DNA of 64,000 nucleotides from an uncultured Gemmatimonadaceae bacterium (lineage in GTDB: Bacteria > Gemmatimonadota > Gemmatimonadetes > Gemmatimonadales > Gemmatimonadaceae): contig CAWAGQ010000005.1 in the NCBI GenBank assembly GCA_963781585.1, positions 1 through 64,000 on the forward strand, in the 5' to 3' direction. This document shows, piece after piece, positions 20,150-30,949 of this stretch. Each line of letters opens with the position of its first letter. The first letter of the stretch is position 1. A program made the position numbers and the translations under genes. The notes under the pieces are model-generated. The model had not been told where the DNA came from and ran no database searches. It saw only the letters and a list, made by a program, of their open reading frames with translations.

Positions 20150-22961
20150 TCACCGGGCGCCCGCCAGGCGCCGGCGGACGTCGGCAAACCAGTTGAGGAC
20201 GATCGCCGGTTCGGGAGCGCGCGCTTCCGGACGGACGATCACGAAGCCGCCGCCGGGCAGGACGTCGAAGTTCGTCCCCGGCCGGGCCAGCAGTGACGAG
20301 GAGTCGGCCAGGACCGCCGTGCGCGACGTCACCGCCGGCGAAGTCGGTGCCCGAGAACTGCGCCACGTAGAGCGAATCCCCGCTCCGGTAGTACAGCGTG
20401 CGGGCACCGTCGCCCGGCGGCCCCCACACCGGCTCGGTTCCGCCGGCCGTGGACACCTGCAGCCGCGTGCCCTCGCCGTGCAGCGGCCGTACGTATACCT
20501 CCGACCGGCCCGACTCGCTCGATCCGTACGCCACGAACCGCTCGTCAGGCGACACGCGCCCGCCGAAAATCCGACCCGGCGTGGCCCCCGCCTGACGCGG
20601 CGTGCCCGCGCCGTTGGCGTTCACCACCACCACGTGCGCCGAGTCCGGACCGCTCGGCCGAACTGGCGGTCCGCCTCCTGGCGCCGTCGCCTGCTGTGCC
20701 GGAGAGGTCACCAGCGCCACCGCCACCTCGCTCCCGCTGCTCCACCACGGCGACATCCCCGGCACGGGAAACGTCCGCTCGGCGCCTAACGAGAGAGAAT
20801 CGGGAGGTTGGCTGCCATCGGCGGGCATGACGTAGAGCGCCGAGCGTCCCTCGTGCTGCGAGGTGAAGGCGATCCGCCGGCTGTCCGGCGACCAGCCCGG
20901 CGGATCCTCGTCGCCCGCGCGGGTGAGTTGCGTGAGGGTGTGCGCTGCGCGGTCGACGATCCAGATGTGCGCATCGCGGCGGTTGCGCGAGTCCGGAATG
21001 AGCACGGCGACCTTGCGGCCGTCGGGCGACACCCGGGGCGAGAAGAAGGTCGAGCGATTGGAGACCAATGGGCGTGCGGTTCCGTCCCGGTCCACCTCCA
21101 CCAGGACGCTCTCGTCGTTCCGCTCACCCGGGAGGTACGCCAGCGTCCCGTTGTTCGACCACGCCAGGTGCGGCGACCCGTCGATCGTGAGGCCGATCTT
21201 GTCCAGCAGCGGCGCCGCCGGGCCGGTGACCGTCAGGGAGCTCAGAGAGAATGGTGCGCCGAACACCGCGCCGTCGGAACGCACGTACATCAGATCCCCG
21301 GTCGGCAGATACCACCCCGCGACGGCATCGACGCCGAGGTCTTTCGGCGGCGTCCCCTTCTCACCGATCACGAACAGGCGACACTGTTCGGTGCCCTGAC
21401 CGGTGCACCGCCGGAACAGCACCCCACGCCCGTCAGGCAGGGGCGTAGCCAGCGAGGGTCCGCGCGCCGGGCCGGCCGAGTCGCGGCTGGCGAGCGTGTC
21501 GGGCGTGCCGCCCGACGCCGGCACCCGGCGCAGCTGCTGGCCGCTGGCGTAGATGATGAAGCCGTCGTCGCTCCAGGCGGCGCCGGGCTGGGCCCCGCTC
21601 ACCACCTCGATTGGCGCGCCGCCCGAGAGGGGGACGCGCATGATGCGGCCGCCGCCGAATCCCCGCCCGCCCAGGTGAAAGCCGATCCAGGTCCCGTCCG
21701 GTGAGAAAAACGGCGACGACCCGCTGTCGGTCCCGGCGATCGGCGTCGGCAGGGTGTCGTCGAGCGCCCGCACGTAGAGCTGGGTAAGCCCGCGGGTGGT
21801 GCGCGAGGGGCCCACGTACACGAGGCGCATGCCGTCGGGCGAGAGGGCGAGCACGCTGGTGCGGGCGCGCTCGAGCCGAAGCTCGGCGTCCGGCGGCGGG
21901 ACGAACGACAGCCGGATCACCCCATCATTGCTGGCGGTGGGGCGGAGCCATCCCCAGAGCGCCACCGCGGCGACCAGGACCAGCGCCGAGCCTAACGAGG
22001 CGATCCAGATGCGCGCCGCTCGCACCGGAACGCCAGGACCGCGGTAGCCGGGGCGGTACGCGGTCGTCTGCGGCGAGTCGAGCGCGGCGGCGAACTCCGC
22101 CGCCGTCGCCCACCGGTCGGCCGGGAGTTTCTCCAGCGCCTTGAGGACGGCGAATTCCACCTGCGGGGGGATCGTCCGCCGCTGCACCGAGAGCGAGCGC
22201 GGCTCCTCCGACATCAATCGCGTCACGATCGCCTGCATGGTCGGCCCGGTGAATGGCGGCTCGCCCACCAGCATCTCGTAGGTCACCGCGCCGAGCGCGT
22301 AGATGTCGGCCCGGGCGTCGATCACCCGTTCCCCGGTGGCCTGCTCGGGCGCCATGTACTGTGGCGTACCGAGCGACATGCCGGTCCGCGTGAGGCGGTT
22401 GCTGGCGGCCGACCGCACCGCCAGGGCGATCCCGAAGTCGGCGACCAGCGCCTGGCCTTCGTGGAGCAGCACGTTCTCCGGCTTGATGTCGCGGTGGATG
22501 ACACCCTGCCGGTGGGCATACTCCAGCGCGCCGGCGATCTCCTTCGCGATCCGGATCGCGTCATCGAGCGGGAGCTGCTGTTCGCGGGTGAGCCGATGGC
22601 GGAGCGATTCCCCGGCGATGTAGGGCATCACGTAGAACGGGGTCCCGCCGGCCGCCGTCGGAGCCGGAGTCCGGCCCGACCTGGCCGCCTCGGCGCTCGC
22701 GTCCTGGCCCAGCAGCCCCGAGTCGAGCAGGGGCAGGATGTTCGGATGCTGCAGCCGCGCCGTGGTCCGGATCTCCGCCAGAAAACGCTCGGCGCCTAAC
22801 GAAGCGGCCAGGTCGGCGTGGAGCACCTTGACGGCGACGTCGCGGTCGTGGCGCAGGTCGCGCGCGAGGTAGACCGTCGCCATGCCGCCCGACCCGAGCT
22901 CGCGCTCGAGACGATATCGGCCCGCCAGGGGTTCGGTGCGTGGAAGAAGGGAATCGGGCAA
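20150..22961 (-). CDS. Ser/Thr protein kinase with TM helix and C-terminal PD40/TolB-like propellers, late frameshift
   Basis: LGSGGMATV, VAVK, HRDIKPEN, DFG and APE motifs, plus SPDG repeats. The natural C-terminus (AIVLNWFADVRRR) lies in another frame after about 20345. Confidence 0.9.
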
Positions 22962-22967
22962 AGACGG

Positions 22968-23029
22968 CAGTCTTCAGTGACCAGTCATCAGCTGTCAGCG
23001 ATCAGGTATCAGCTATTCAGCTGTCAGCG
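22968..23029. repeat. TCAG(C/T)-core heptamer array
   Basis: CAGTCTTCAGTGACCAGTCATCAGCTGTCAGCGATCAGGTATCAGCTATTCAGCTGTCAGCG. Confidence 0.8.
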
Positions 23030-23438
23030 GGCAGCCGAGGCGTCCGGGCTTCCGGTCGCGCTCGGTGCCTAGAATACCGCCCCGCTGCGGCAGGGGCTAC
23101 CGGGAATGCACCGAATCCAGCGGCGCTCACGGTCGGTGCACCGCGTTCGGCTGCACGCTCGGGCAATGCGGCGTTGGCGCCGTGGTCGATGGCGTCGCGC
23201 GTCACCCTGCGAGGATGGGCCGCACCCGGGGAGTCGCGCGCCAGCGCGAAACCCGGCGCACGATATGCTCGGTTGAGGGGCGGCGGATGTAGATCCTCAA
23301 CCTCGCCAATCTCCAGACCCAGCCGAGGGGGCAAGCGCCAACCCCGAGAGCCAGCCAATGGCCGGCCCCCGGGGTGAGCGGGCTTCAGCGGTCGCGTGTT
23401 GTACGCGGCTCTACGGAACCGCGGCCCCGCCAGGCGAC

Positions 23439-23951
23439 CTACGACCCGCCAAGGGTGAAGTTCAGACCCCCCTGGATCTGGAACGACGAGTTGTTGTTGA
23501 GCAGCGCGCGTCCTTCAATGAAAGGACGGATCGGCGCGCTCCGCGACTCGAGACCAAAGAAGAAGTTCGCGCCGGTGTCGGTGTTGCTGTGATCGTTCAC
23601 GCGGCGGTGCAGCACGCCCAGTCCGCCGCCGACGTAGAGGTCGGGGCCAGTCGCTTCAGGAAAACGAATCTTCATGTCGAAATTGAAGCCCGTTCGCGAA
23701 CCGCGGTCGGGAAAGTAGACGTCGATCGAGGGATAGAAGTCGACGCGCGACACGATCGGCAGGGTCGCCTGGAACGCGAGGAGCGCGTCCCTGGACTCGA
23801 AGTTGTATCCCGCGCCCACGCCGATGTGGGGGCGCTGGGCAGCCACCGGCGCCGCGGCGAGGACGAACATGACGAGGCTCGCCGACAGGATTCCGGCAGG
23901 AATGGAGAGGATGCGACGCAAGTTGCCTCCGGGTAGAGAGGAGTGGGGCAA
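23439..23951 (-). CDS. small outer-membrane beta-barrel protein
   Basis: Signal peptide and alternating amphipathic strands (LYVGGGLG, RPFIEGR, QGGLNF). Start uncertain. Confidence 0.7.
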   Translation of the reverse strand: MPHSSLPGGNLRRILSIPAGILSASLVMFVLAAAPVAAQRPHIGVGAGYNFESRDALLAFQATLPIVSRVDFYPSIDVYFPDRGSRTGFNFDMKIRFPEATGPDLYVGGGLGVLHRRVNDHSNTDTGANFFFGLESRSAPIRPFIEGRALLNNNSSFQIQGGLNFTLGGS

Positions 23952-24046
23952 GAGCCCGGTGTCTGCGCGCTACCCGGCCCGGCGGCGGCGGTTCGGTTCA
24001 GGCCGCATCGGGCTGGCCGCCTCAGGCGGAGGTGTGGCCGCCCGGC

Positions 24047-24283
24047 TCAGCGCTTGACGGCGAGTCCCCGGGTTCGCGTCTCGTTGTTGACGAGGCTCCA
24101 GCGAAGCCAGGCGCTCACGAGCGGTTCCGGACCCTCCAGCATCACGTAGCCGGAGGGGCATCGCTTCTTTTCGGCCGTTTCCTGCTTGAAGAATTCGGCG
24201 TGCAGCTGCGACTCAGCCCGGAGCAGCTGCTCATTGGCAAGCGTGTCGATCCAACGTGCGTTGACCCGATCCGGTATTTTCAC
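24047..24283 (-). CDS. hypothetical protein (78 aa) immediately downstream of infA
   Basis: GTG at 24283 with GAGGAGG overlapping the infA stop. Starts MKIPDRVNARWIDTL. Confidence 0.75.
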   Translation of the reverse strand: MKIPDRVNARWIDTLANEQLLRAESQLHAEFFKQETAEKKRCPSGYVMLEGPEPLVSAWLRWSLVNNETRTRGLAVKR

Positions 24284-24293
24284 GAATTCCTCC

Positions 24294-24512
24294 TCACACC
24301 TTGTGGCGAAACGTGATCCGGCCGCGTCCAAGATCGTATGGCGACACGGCGACGGTGACGCGGTCACCGGCGAGAATGCGAATGCGAAACTTGCGCATCT
24401 TTCCTGCGGCCGTGGCGAGCAACTTGTGCCCGTTGGCGAGATCCACCCGGAACAGCGCGCTGGGCAGAACCTCGGACACGACGCCGTCGAGCTCGATCGC
24501 GTCTTCTTTCAC
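24294..24512 (-). CDS. infA: translation initiation factor IF-1
   Basis: 72 aa, [16 protein letters not shown]...[41 protein letters not shown]. Confidence 0.95.
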   Translation of the reverse strand: MKEDAIELDGVVSEVLPSALFRVDLANGHKLLATAAGKMRKFRIRILAGDRVTVAVSPYDLGRGRITFRHKV

Positions 24513-24619
24513 GCAGCCCTCCAGGCGATAGAAGTGACGGACCACCGCTACTCGATCCGCGTGGCCCGGTGCTGTGATCATTCGTTGTGAACAGGCAAAT
24601 GTGCGGCGCCCACCAATAC

Positions 24620-24652
24620 AAAAGGGGCCTGCTCGCAAGTCGGCAGGCCCCT
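24620..24652 (-). terminator. probable intrinsic terminator (minus strand)
   Basis: 10-bp stem AGGGGCCTGC/GCAGGCCCCT followed by a short T run on the minus strand. Confidence 0.55.
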
Positions 24653-24817
24653 GGGATTTCGGAACTTGTCTACGCGGAGGACGCGTCAAGTCGCTATGAG
24701 AAACCTAGCGGGAACCATCGCGCCGCGCAACGTGCGCGCCGCGGTCCATTCGGGGCGAGCGCGGCCTACTGGCCACTGGCCACTGGCATCGCGGAGGCAC
24801 GGGTGATCGTCGTTTCG

Positions 24818-26500
24818 CTACCTCCCAGCCCTGAGCGCGCGCCCTTTCCCGTCTCCGTGCCGCTCGCCATCCCGCAGCGCCACCGCACCGTTCACCACCA
24901 CCGCCGCAATCCCCACCGGATACTGGAACGGCTGCTCGTACGTCGCCCGGTCCTCAACCCGCGCCGGATCGAACACCACCACGTCGGCCGCGAGGCCGGC
25001 CGCCAGACGCCCGCGGTCGTTGAGATGCGCCCGCGACGCAGGGAATGCGGTCATCTTGTTGATCGCTGACGCAAGCGTCAGCGCCTTCCGCTCGCGCACG
25101 TAGCGGCCGAGCACGCGCGGGAAGGTGCCGAGTCCGCGGGGGTGCGGGCTGCCGCGTCGGGTGGGGCCGTCTACCGCGAACGCGCCGCCGTCGCTGCACA
25201 CCATCCCCTGCGGATGCGCCAGCACGCGATCGAGATTCTCCTCACTCATCGCGAATCCCACCATCCCGATGTTGGCGCGATTGCGCGACAGCATCTCGAC
25301 GGTGAGCCGGTAAGGATCGGCGCCTGACGACTTCGCGTACGCGCCCAGCCGCTTCCCTTCCGCGGCCCGGTCCTCGGCGGCGCGCACGCTGGTGATCATG
25401 ACATTGTCCCACCCTCCGATGAGCTCAACCTTGGCGAGGGTCTCGGTCTGGATGCGCGACGCGGTGGCCGCATCGGTGAGGCGGGCGAGGAACGCGTCGG
25501 TCCCGCCGTCGCGGCTCCAGATGGGAAAGAGGTTCGTGAGCCCGGTTTGATACGCGACGTACGGGTAGCGATCGAAGGCGACGTCGATGCCGTCGCGCCG
25601 CGCCGCCGCCACGCGCGCGAAGATGGCGTCCAGCTTTCCGAAGTTGCGCGGGCCCTCAGCCTTGAGGTGGGAGATCTGGAGCGGGCAGCGCGCGCCGCGC
25701 GCCACCGCGATCGATTCATCCACCGACTCGAGCACGCGGTCGTCTTCGTTGCGCATGTGCGTCGCGTAGGGGAGTCGGCGCGACGCCAGCGGCCTGCAGA
25801 GGGCGATGATCTCGTCGAGCGACGCGAACCCGCCCGGTGTGTACTCCAGCCCCGACGATACGCCGCACGCCCCCTGCGCCAGCGCGGTTTCCACCATCGC
25901 CGTCATCCGGGCGATCTCGTCGGCGGTGGCCGGCCGGTCGGCGTTCCCGATCACGAGCCCGCGCAGCGTGCCGGCGCCCAGCATCGATGCCACGTTGACC
26001 GCCGGGTGCAGCGCGTCGATGGCCGAGAAGAGCGCCTGGAACGTCGCGGGGCTTCCCGCTGTGCCGCGCCCGCCCGCCCGTCCCCCGCCCCCTCCGGCAC
26101 CGAATTCCGCAGCCGACGGCGCGCGCGACGATCCGTCCTGACCCACCACGATCGTGGTCACTCCCTGCCTGACGAGCGATTCCACTCGCGGATCCTCCCA
26201 CATCGATCCGTCGCCGTGCGAGTGGATGTCGATGAACCCGGGGGCCACCGCCAGTCCCCGGGCGTCGATTTCGTCGGTGCCGGTTTCCGCGATGCGCCCG
26301 GCGATGGCCGCGATGCGGTCCCCGGTGATGGCGACGTCGCTCTCCACACCGGTCGCGCCGGTGCCGTCGAAGACGGTGCCGTTCCGGATGACGAGGTCGT
26401 ATGCCACCCGCCGCCGCGGGAACGGGATCCGCGGCGCCACGCCTAACGCGGCGAGCGCGACGGTGCCGGAGCCGAGGAACGTGCGACGCGAGACGGTCAC
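24818..26500 (-). CDS. Tat-exported N-acyl-D-amino acid deacylase family amidohydrolase
   Basis: SRRTFL twin-arginine motif, APGFIDIHSH, THMRNE and HPRGLGTFPRVLG. Confidence 0.88.
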   Translation of the reverse strand: MTVSRRTFLGSGTVALAALGVAPRIPFPRRRVAYDLVIRNGTVFDGTGATGVESDVAITGDRIAAIAGRIAETGTDEIDARGLAVAPGFIDIHSHGDGSMWEDPRVESLVRQGVTTIVVGQDGSSRAPSAAEFGAGGGGGRAGGRGTAGSPATFQALFSAIDALHPAVNVASMLGAGTLRGLVIGNADRPATADEIARMTAMVETALAQGACGVSSGLEYTPGGFASLDEIIALCRPLASRRLPYATHMRNEDDRVLESVDESIAVARGARCPLQISHLKAEGPRNFGKLDAIFARVAAARRDGIDVAFDRYPYVAYQTGLTNLFPIWSRDGGTDAFLARLTDAATASRIQTETLAKVELIGGWDNVMITSVRAAEDRAAEGKRLGAYAKSSGADPYRLTVEMLSRNRANIGMVGFAMSEENLDRVLAHPQGMVCSDGGAFAVDGPTRRGSPHPRGLGTFPRVLGRYVRERKALTLASAINKMTAFPASRAHLNDRGRLAAGLAADVVVFDPARVEDRATYEQPFQYPVGIAAVVVNGAVALRDGERHGDGKGRALRAGR

Positions 26501-26622
26501 GGGTTCTCCCTGTTGCACGGGACGAGGTCCACGAACTGTTCGGGCCAGCGAATGAGGGTCGCGATACCCGATCGGTCGTCCGCCGGGCAGCTCCGGATTC
26601 GTCCGGACGACTGCCGTGAAAG

Positions 26623-27036
26623 CTAATGATCCCGTGGGAGCAGCTTCGGGCGCCCCTTGAGCCGGAGGCTGCCGAAGTCCCGCACGTCGAGCGTGGCGAT
26701 CGCGGTTGCCTTGAGCCGCTCGGCGGTCGCCGCGACCACCGCGTCGACGAGTCCCAGCTGGAGCGCGCCGTATTGCTCGCACAACGCGCGTGCGCGCGCC
26801 AGATCGTCCGGCTCGCCCCACTCGACGCTGTACCCGCCGTCGGCCAGATCGCCCAGGAAGGCCCGCTCGGCTGGCGCCCCGACGTGATGGAGCAGCAGGT
26901 AGTCCACCTCGGGCAGGATCGCCCAGGGGAGGACCCATGCCGCCGGATCGTCATCGAAGAGCGCGACCATCTCCTCGTGGTGGGCGTCGTCCGCATCCAC
27001 GAGGGCGATGATCGCGTCCGTATCGGCGACGATCAC
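26623..27036 (-). CDS. vapC: PIN-domain toxin
   Basis: IVADT, ILPEV, LGLVDA and TLDVRDF acidic PIN motifs. 4-bp overlap with the antitoxin. Confidence 0.88.
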   Translation of the reverse strand: MIVADTDAIIALVDADDAHHEEMVALFDDDPAAWVLPWAILPEVDYLLLHHVGAPAERAFLGDLADGGYSVEWGEPDDLARARALCEQYGALQLGLVDAVVAATAERLKATAIATLDVRDFGSLRLKGRPKLLPRDH

Positions 27037-27281
27037 CCGGCGCTTCCCTTCCCCATGCCCGCGAGCAGCTCCTCGGAGCGTTCGGAGAGGTCCGAGCGGC
27101 CGCTGCGGCCGGCGCCGAGGCTGGCCGGTCGCGTGGGAACCGAGTGCCGGCGTGCGTACTCGGCCACCGCCTCGCGAACGAGCGCGGCGGTGGTCCGTCC
27201 CTGTGCGCGGGCGAGGGCCTTGAGCGTGCGGTAGTCCACGGGGTTCAAATAGATGGTGGTCTTGGTCTTGTCATCTGACAT
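27033..27281 (-). CDS. vapB: ribbon-helix-helix (CopG-like) antitoxin
   Basis: KTTIYL...LKALARAQGRTTAALVREAV and a C-terminal GRSDLSERSEELL. Confidence 0.85.
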   Translation of the reverse strand: MSDDKTKTTIYLNPVDYRTLKALARAQGRTTAALVREAVAEYARRHSVPTRPASLGAGRSGRSDLSERSEELLAGMGKGSAG

Positions 27282-27316
27282 GTGGTAACCATAGCTGGTT
27301 GCCATATGCAGGTCAA
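27279..27316 (-). promoter_or_regulatory. sigma70-like promoter with overlapping inverted-repeat operator
   Basis: TTGACC-17 nt-TATGGT-6 nt-ATG. Arms 27279-27291 and 27296-27308 match 11/13 as an inverted repeat. Confidence 0.7.
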
Positions 27317-27362
27317 GGGGGGGCACTGGCCGACTGCTACCCCTGAGGATGCAATGACGGCG

Positions 27363-28670
27363 TCAGCGCCGCGTCACCAGTACCACTACCCGGTCCGGCT
27401 CACTCGCCCCACCGGCCGGCAGCGTGAGCGTCACGCCCGCATCGGTCTCCGACACGCCGACCGGCGCGCCGCCCACGAGCATGCTCGCCCGCGTGACCAG
27501 CGCGCCTAACGACGGAAGCGCCAGCACGCGGTCCGGCCAGTCGAGCACGTGGACGAACACCGTGTCGCCGCGCTGGGTCGTGGCGCCCCAACCGTGTGGC
27601 GGCACGGGTCCCTGGCGCGTGCCGTAGATCGAGCGCCCGTACGTGCCAAGCCATTTGCCGATCTCGCGCAGCCGCTCGGCGGCTTCGGGCTGGACCGTCC
27701 CATCGGGACGCGGCCCGATGTTGAGCAGCAGGTTGGCGTCGTTCCCCGCCGCGCGCACGAGATAGCCGATCAGCTCGCGCACCGACTTGAAGCGGCGGTC
27801 GGTGATGTTGAAGCCCCACGAGTTGTTCATCGTGAGCGACGTCTCGAGCGGAAGCGCGCCGATCTGGCGCGTATTGAAGCCGGCGGTGTTCGCCCCCGGC
27901 AGATCCTGCTCGAACGTCTGCACGTCCTCGCCCGGAAGCGGCGCCTGATGGTGATTGGGGACGATGAGGGCGGCGGGCTGGAGCCGGTGAATCAGCGCGT
28001 AGGTCTGCTGGAGCCGCCAGTCGGCGTCGGGCTTGTCCCACATGCCGTCGAACCAGATGCCGCCGATGGGTCCGTAGTGCGTGAGCAATTCGGTGAGCTG
28101 CGCGTCGAGGAAATCGAGATAGCGATTCCAGTCGCCGCTCTCGGGACGGCCGGTGTTGTGTCCCGTGCGGCCCCGCGGCCAGTAGTCGGGGTGGTGCCAG
28201 TCGAGCTGCGAGTAATAGAAGAAGAGCTTGATCCCCTGCCGCTGGCACTCGTCGGCCAGCTCCTTCAATGGATCACGATGAAAGGGCGTCCAGTCGACGA
28301 TGTTGTACCGCGTCACGGCGCTGCCGAACATCGAGAAGCCGTCGTGGTGCCGCGAGGTGATGGTGATGTAGCGGACGCCGGCCGCCCTGGCGAGCGCGAC
28401 CCATTCCTTCGCGTCGAACTTCACCGGATTGAACGTCGATGCCAGCCACTCGTACGTGGGCACCGGGATCTGGCGGTTCTCCATCACCCACTCGCCCTGG
28501 CCGAGCAGGCTGTACACGCCCCAGTGGATGAACATCCCGAACTTCGCGTCGCGGTACCACTGCCGCGCGGCCAGCCGTTCCGCGGGGACGCTGTCGGTTG
28601 CTTGCGCGCGGAGCCTGGCAGCGTCAGGCAGCGCGGTCAGCAGCAACGCCGCGAGAATCAGCCGGCGCAT
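27363..28670 (-). CDS. alpha-L-fucosidase (GH29)
   Basis: KFGMFIHWGVYS, RHHDGF, IWFDG and LLLNIGP motifs. Signal peptide. Confidence 0.92.
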   Translation of the reverse strand: MRRLILAALLLTALPDAARLRAQATDSVPAERLAARQWYRDAKFGMFIHWGVYSLLGQGEWVMENRQIPVPTYEWLASTFNPVKFDAKEWVALARAAGVRYITITSRHHDGFSMFGSAVTRYNIVDWTPFHRDPLKELADECQRQGIKLFFYYSQLDWHHPDYWPRGRTGHNTGRPESGDWNRYLDFLDAQLTELLTHYGPIGGIWFDGMWDKPDADWRLQQTYALIHRLQPAALIVPNHHQAPLPGEDVQTFEQDLPGANTAGFNTRQIGALPLETSLTMNNSWGFNITDRRFKSVRELIGYLVRAAGNDANLLLNIGPRPDGTVQPEAAERLREIGKWLGTYGRSIYGTRQGPVPPHGWGATTQRGDTVFVHVLDWPDRVLALPSLGALVTRASMLVGGAPVGVSETDAGVTLTLPAGGASEPDRVVVLVTRR

Positions 28671-28680
28671 GCGACCGGTG

Positions 28681-30840
28681 CTAGTGGCCGGTGCGCTGGT
28701 TGCCGCCATCGAGCTTCGGACCCTCGGTCGGATAGCGGGCCGCGAGCTTGCGCAGGCCCGCCGGCTTCCCGATCACGGTGAGCCGGTCTCCGTCCTCGAG
28801 CACGATATGTCCGCGGGGCACGATGGCGTGCTCTCCCCGACCGATCATGGCCACCAGTCCACCGTTGGGAATCTCGATCGGGTTCACCGTCCGCCCCACC
28901 ATGGATTCCGTGGACGTGCCGACGCGCACGAAGAGAGTGAGGAAGCGCTCGTCGCGGAGCAGCACCTCCTTGAGCTCGTGCTCATCGCGCGCGGCAAGCC
29001 AGGCGTCGAGGAACGTCTCGTCCTCCACACGGCTGGCGAGCTGTGCCAGGATCCGCAGATGCCGGCCCGGATTGCTGTCGCCGCTCACCAGGAAGAACAC
29101 CGCGCGCACCGCGGTCGTGTCAGCCGGACCGGTCAGCTCGCTGGTCGCGTCGCGCCGGCTGCACGCCGCTCGCACAGCGGGCGATCGCGAGGTCCGAGCC
29201 GTCGCGATCAGCCAGTCTGGTATGCAACAGGGCGGCGCCATGCGAGATCGCGGCCTCTCCCGTTTCGACCGCGCGACCCAGGCCTTCCTCCAGATCGCGC
29301 GCCGACACGTGGAGCTGGCCGGCCAGCCGGGCTGAGGCCTCGCGCACGACGTCCGACAGCACCGCCGGCGCCTGGTAGTCGAGCACGACGCTCGCGGCCA
29401 CGATCTCGTCGAACGGATCCTTCGCGCGCAGCCCCTTCTCCTTCATCAGGTCGCGCAGCTCGCGATCGAGCCCGCCGAACCGCCGCCGGCCGAGTCGCTC
29501 GAAGACGTGGAAGATCGCGCCGTCGCGCTCGATCCGATCGCGCGCGAAGTACGTGTACCAGGCCACCGACGCGCCGGTGACGCCGGCGGTGAACAGGACC
29601 GGCAGCCATCCCAGCTCGGCCACCAGCACCAGTGCGCCGAAAATCCCCACCAGCTGCAACCAGGGATAGAACGGCGCGCGAAAACCGGGGTCGTACGATT
29701 CGATGCGGCTCTCGCGCATCACGATCACCGCCACGTTGAGCAGCGCGAACAGCATGAGCTGGATGGCGCTGGCGAGCTTCGCCACGCTCTCCACCGGCAG
29801 CACCAGCAGGAAGACGACCAGCATGGCGCACGTGAACAGCACCGCGGCCACCGGCGTTCCCCGCCTGCTGGTGGACGCGAAGCGATCGGGGAAGAGCCGA
29901 TCGCGCGCCATCGCCAGCGGGTAGCGCGATGCCGCCAGCACGCCGGCATTCGCCATCGAGGCGAACGCCACGATGCCCGCGCCGACCATGATCCAGCGCC
30001 GGATGTGGCCGGGAATCCAGGTGGTGAACGCGCCGGCCGCGTCGGCGACCGGCGTAAGGCTCCCGCTCAATCGGTCGGGCCCGAGCACCGCGACCATGAT
30101 GAACACGCCGCCCACGTAGATCGCCGTCACCGTCAGCAGGCCCAGCCCCATCCCCAGCGGAATGTTGCGATCCGGGTTCTTCACTTCTTCGGCAAGGCTC
30201 GCGACCTGCGTGAGTCCGATGAATGACACGAAGACCAGACCGACCGCCTCGAGCAGGCCGTCCGATCCGTGGGGGAGGAAGGGGGTAAAGCGCGCGTGTC
30301 GTTGCGCCGAGGTCTCCGCCGAGAAGGCGTCGATCAGGCCATGGATGAGGAAGAACGCGAGGATCACCAGCAGCACGACGACCAGGATCCGGATCAGGCC
30401 GCTCGATTCCCTGGCGCCCAGGAGGTTGAGCAGCGCGATGAACACCGCGAACCCGACCGCGGTCGCGACGTCAGGCACGTCCACGACCAGCGCGACGTAC
30501 GCGCCCATGCCGATGAGCGCGAAGGCGCTCTTCAGCACCATGGTGAGCCAGGTGCCGATGCCGCCGATGGTCCCGACCAGCGGTCCGAGGGTGCGGTCGA
30601 GGAAGTAGTACGCGCCGCCGGCCCGCGGCATGGCGGTCGCGAGCTCCGCCTGGCAGAGCATGGCGGGGACGATCAGCAGGCCGGCGATCAGGTACGCCAC
30701 GACCACGCCGGTCCCGCATGCGACGCGGCGATCCCGGGCAGCAGGAAGAAGCCCGAGCTGATCATCGCGCCCACGCAGATCACGTAGACGTCGGAGAGAC
30801 CGAGCGCCTTGTTCAAGCGCGTGAAGTTGAGCAGCCGCAT
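28681..30840 (-). CDS. APC permease fused to PTS EIIA-like and TrkA-C (RCK_C) domains, frameshifted
   Basis: GAMISSGFFLLPG N-terminus read by hand from ATG at 30840, then a TM core, HLRILAQLA (EIIA-like) and IVPRGHIVLEDGDRLTVIG (TrkA-C). Indels near 30710 and 29170. Confidence 0.8.
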
Positions 30841-30949
30841 CGCTACACGCTAGTCCTCGGCGTGCCTGTCAGCTAGCCCGGCGGCGATTCCCGGGAAGGC
30901 GCTAGATTGTTCGGAGACGCATGGTTTTCACGACTTCACCGGCACTCGC

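Noticed and set aside
23040..23430. Gene or ncRNA in the spacer upstream of the kinase
   Set aside because: No frame gave a recognisable protein and only generic GC hairpins were seen.
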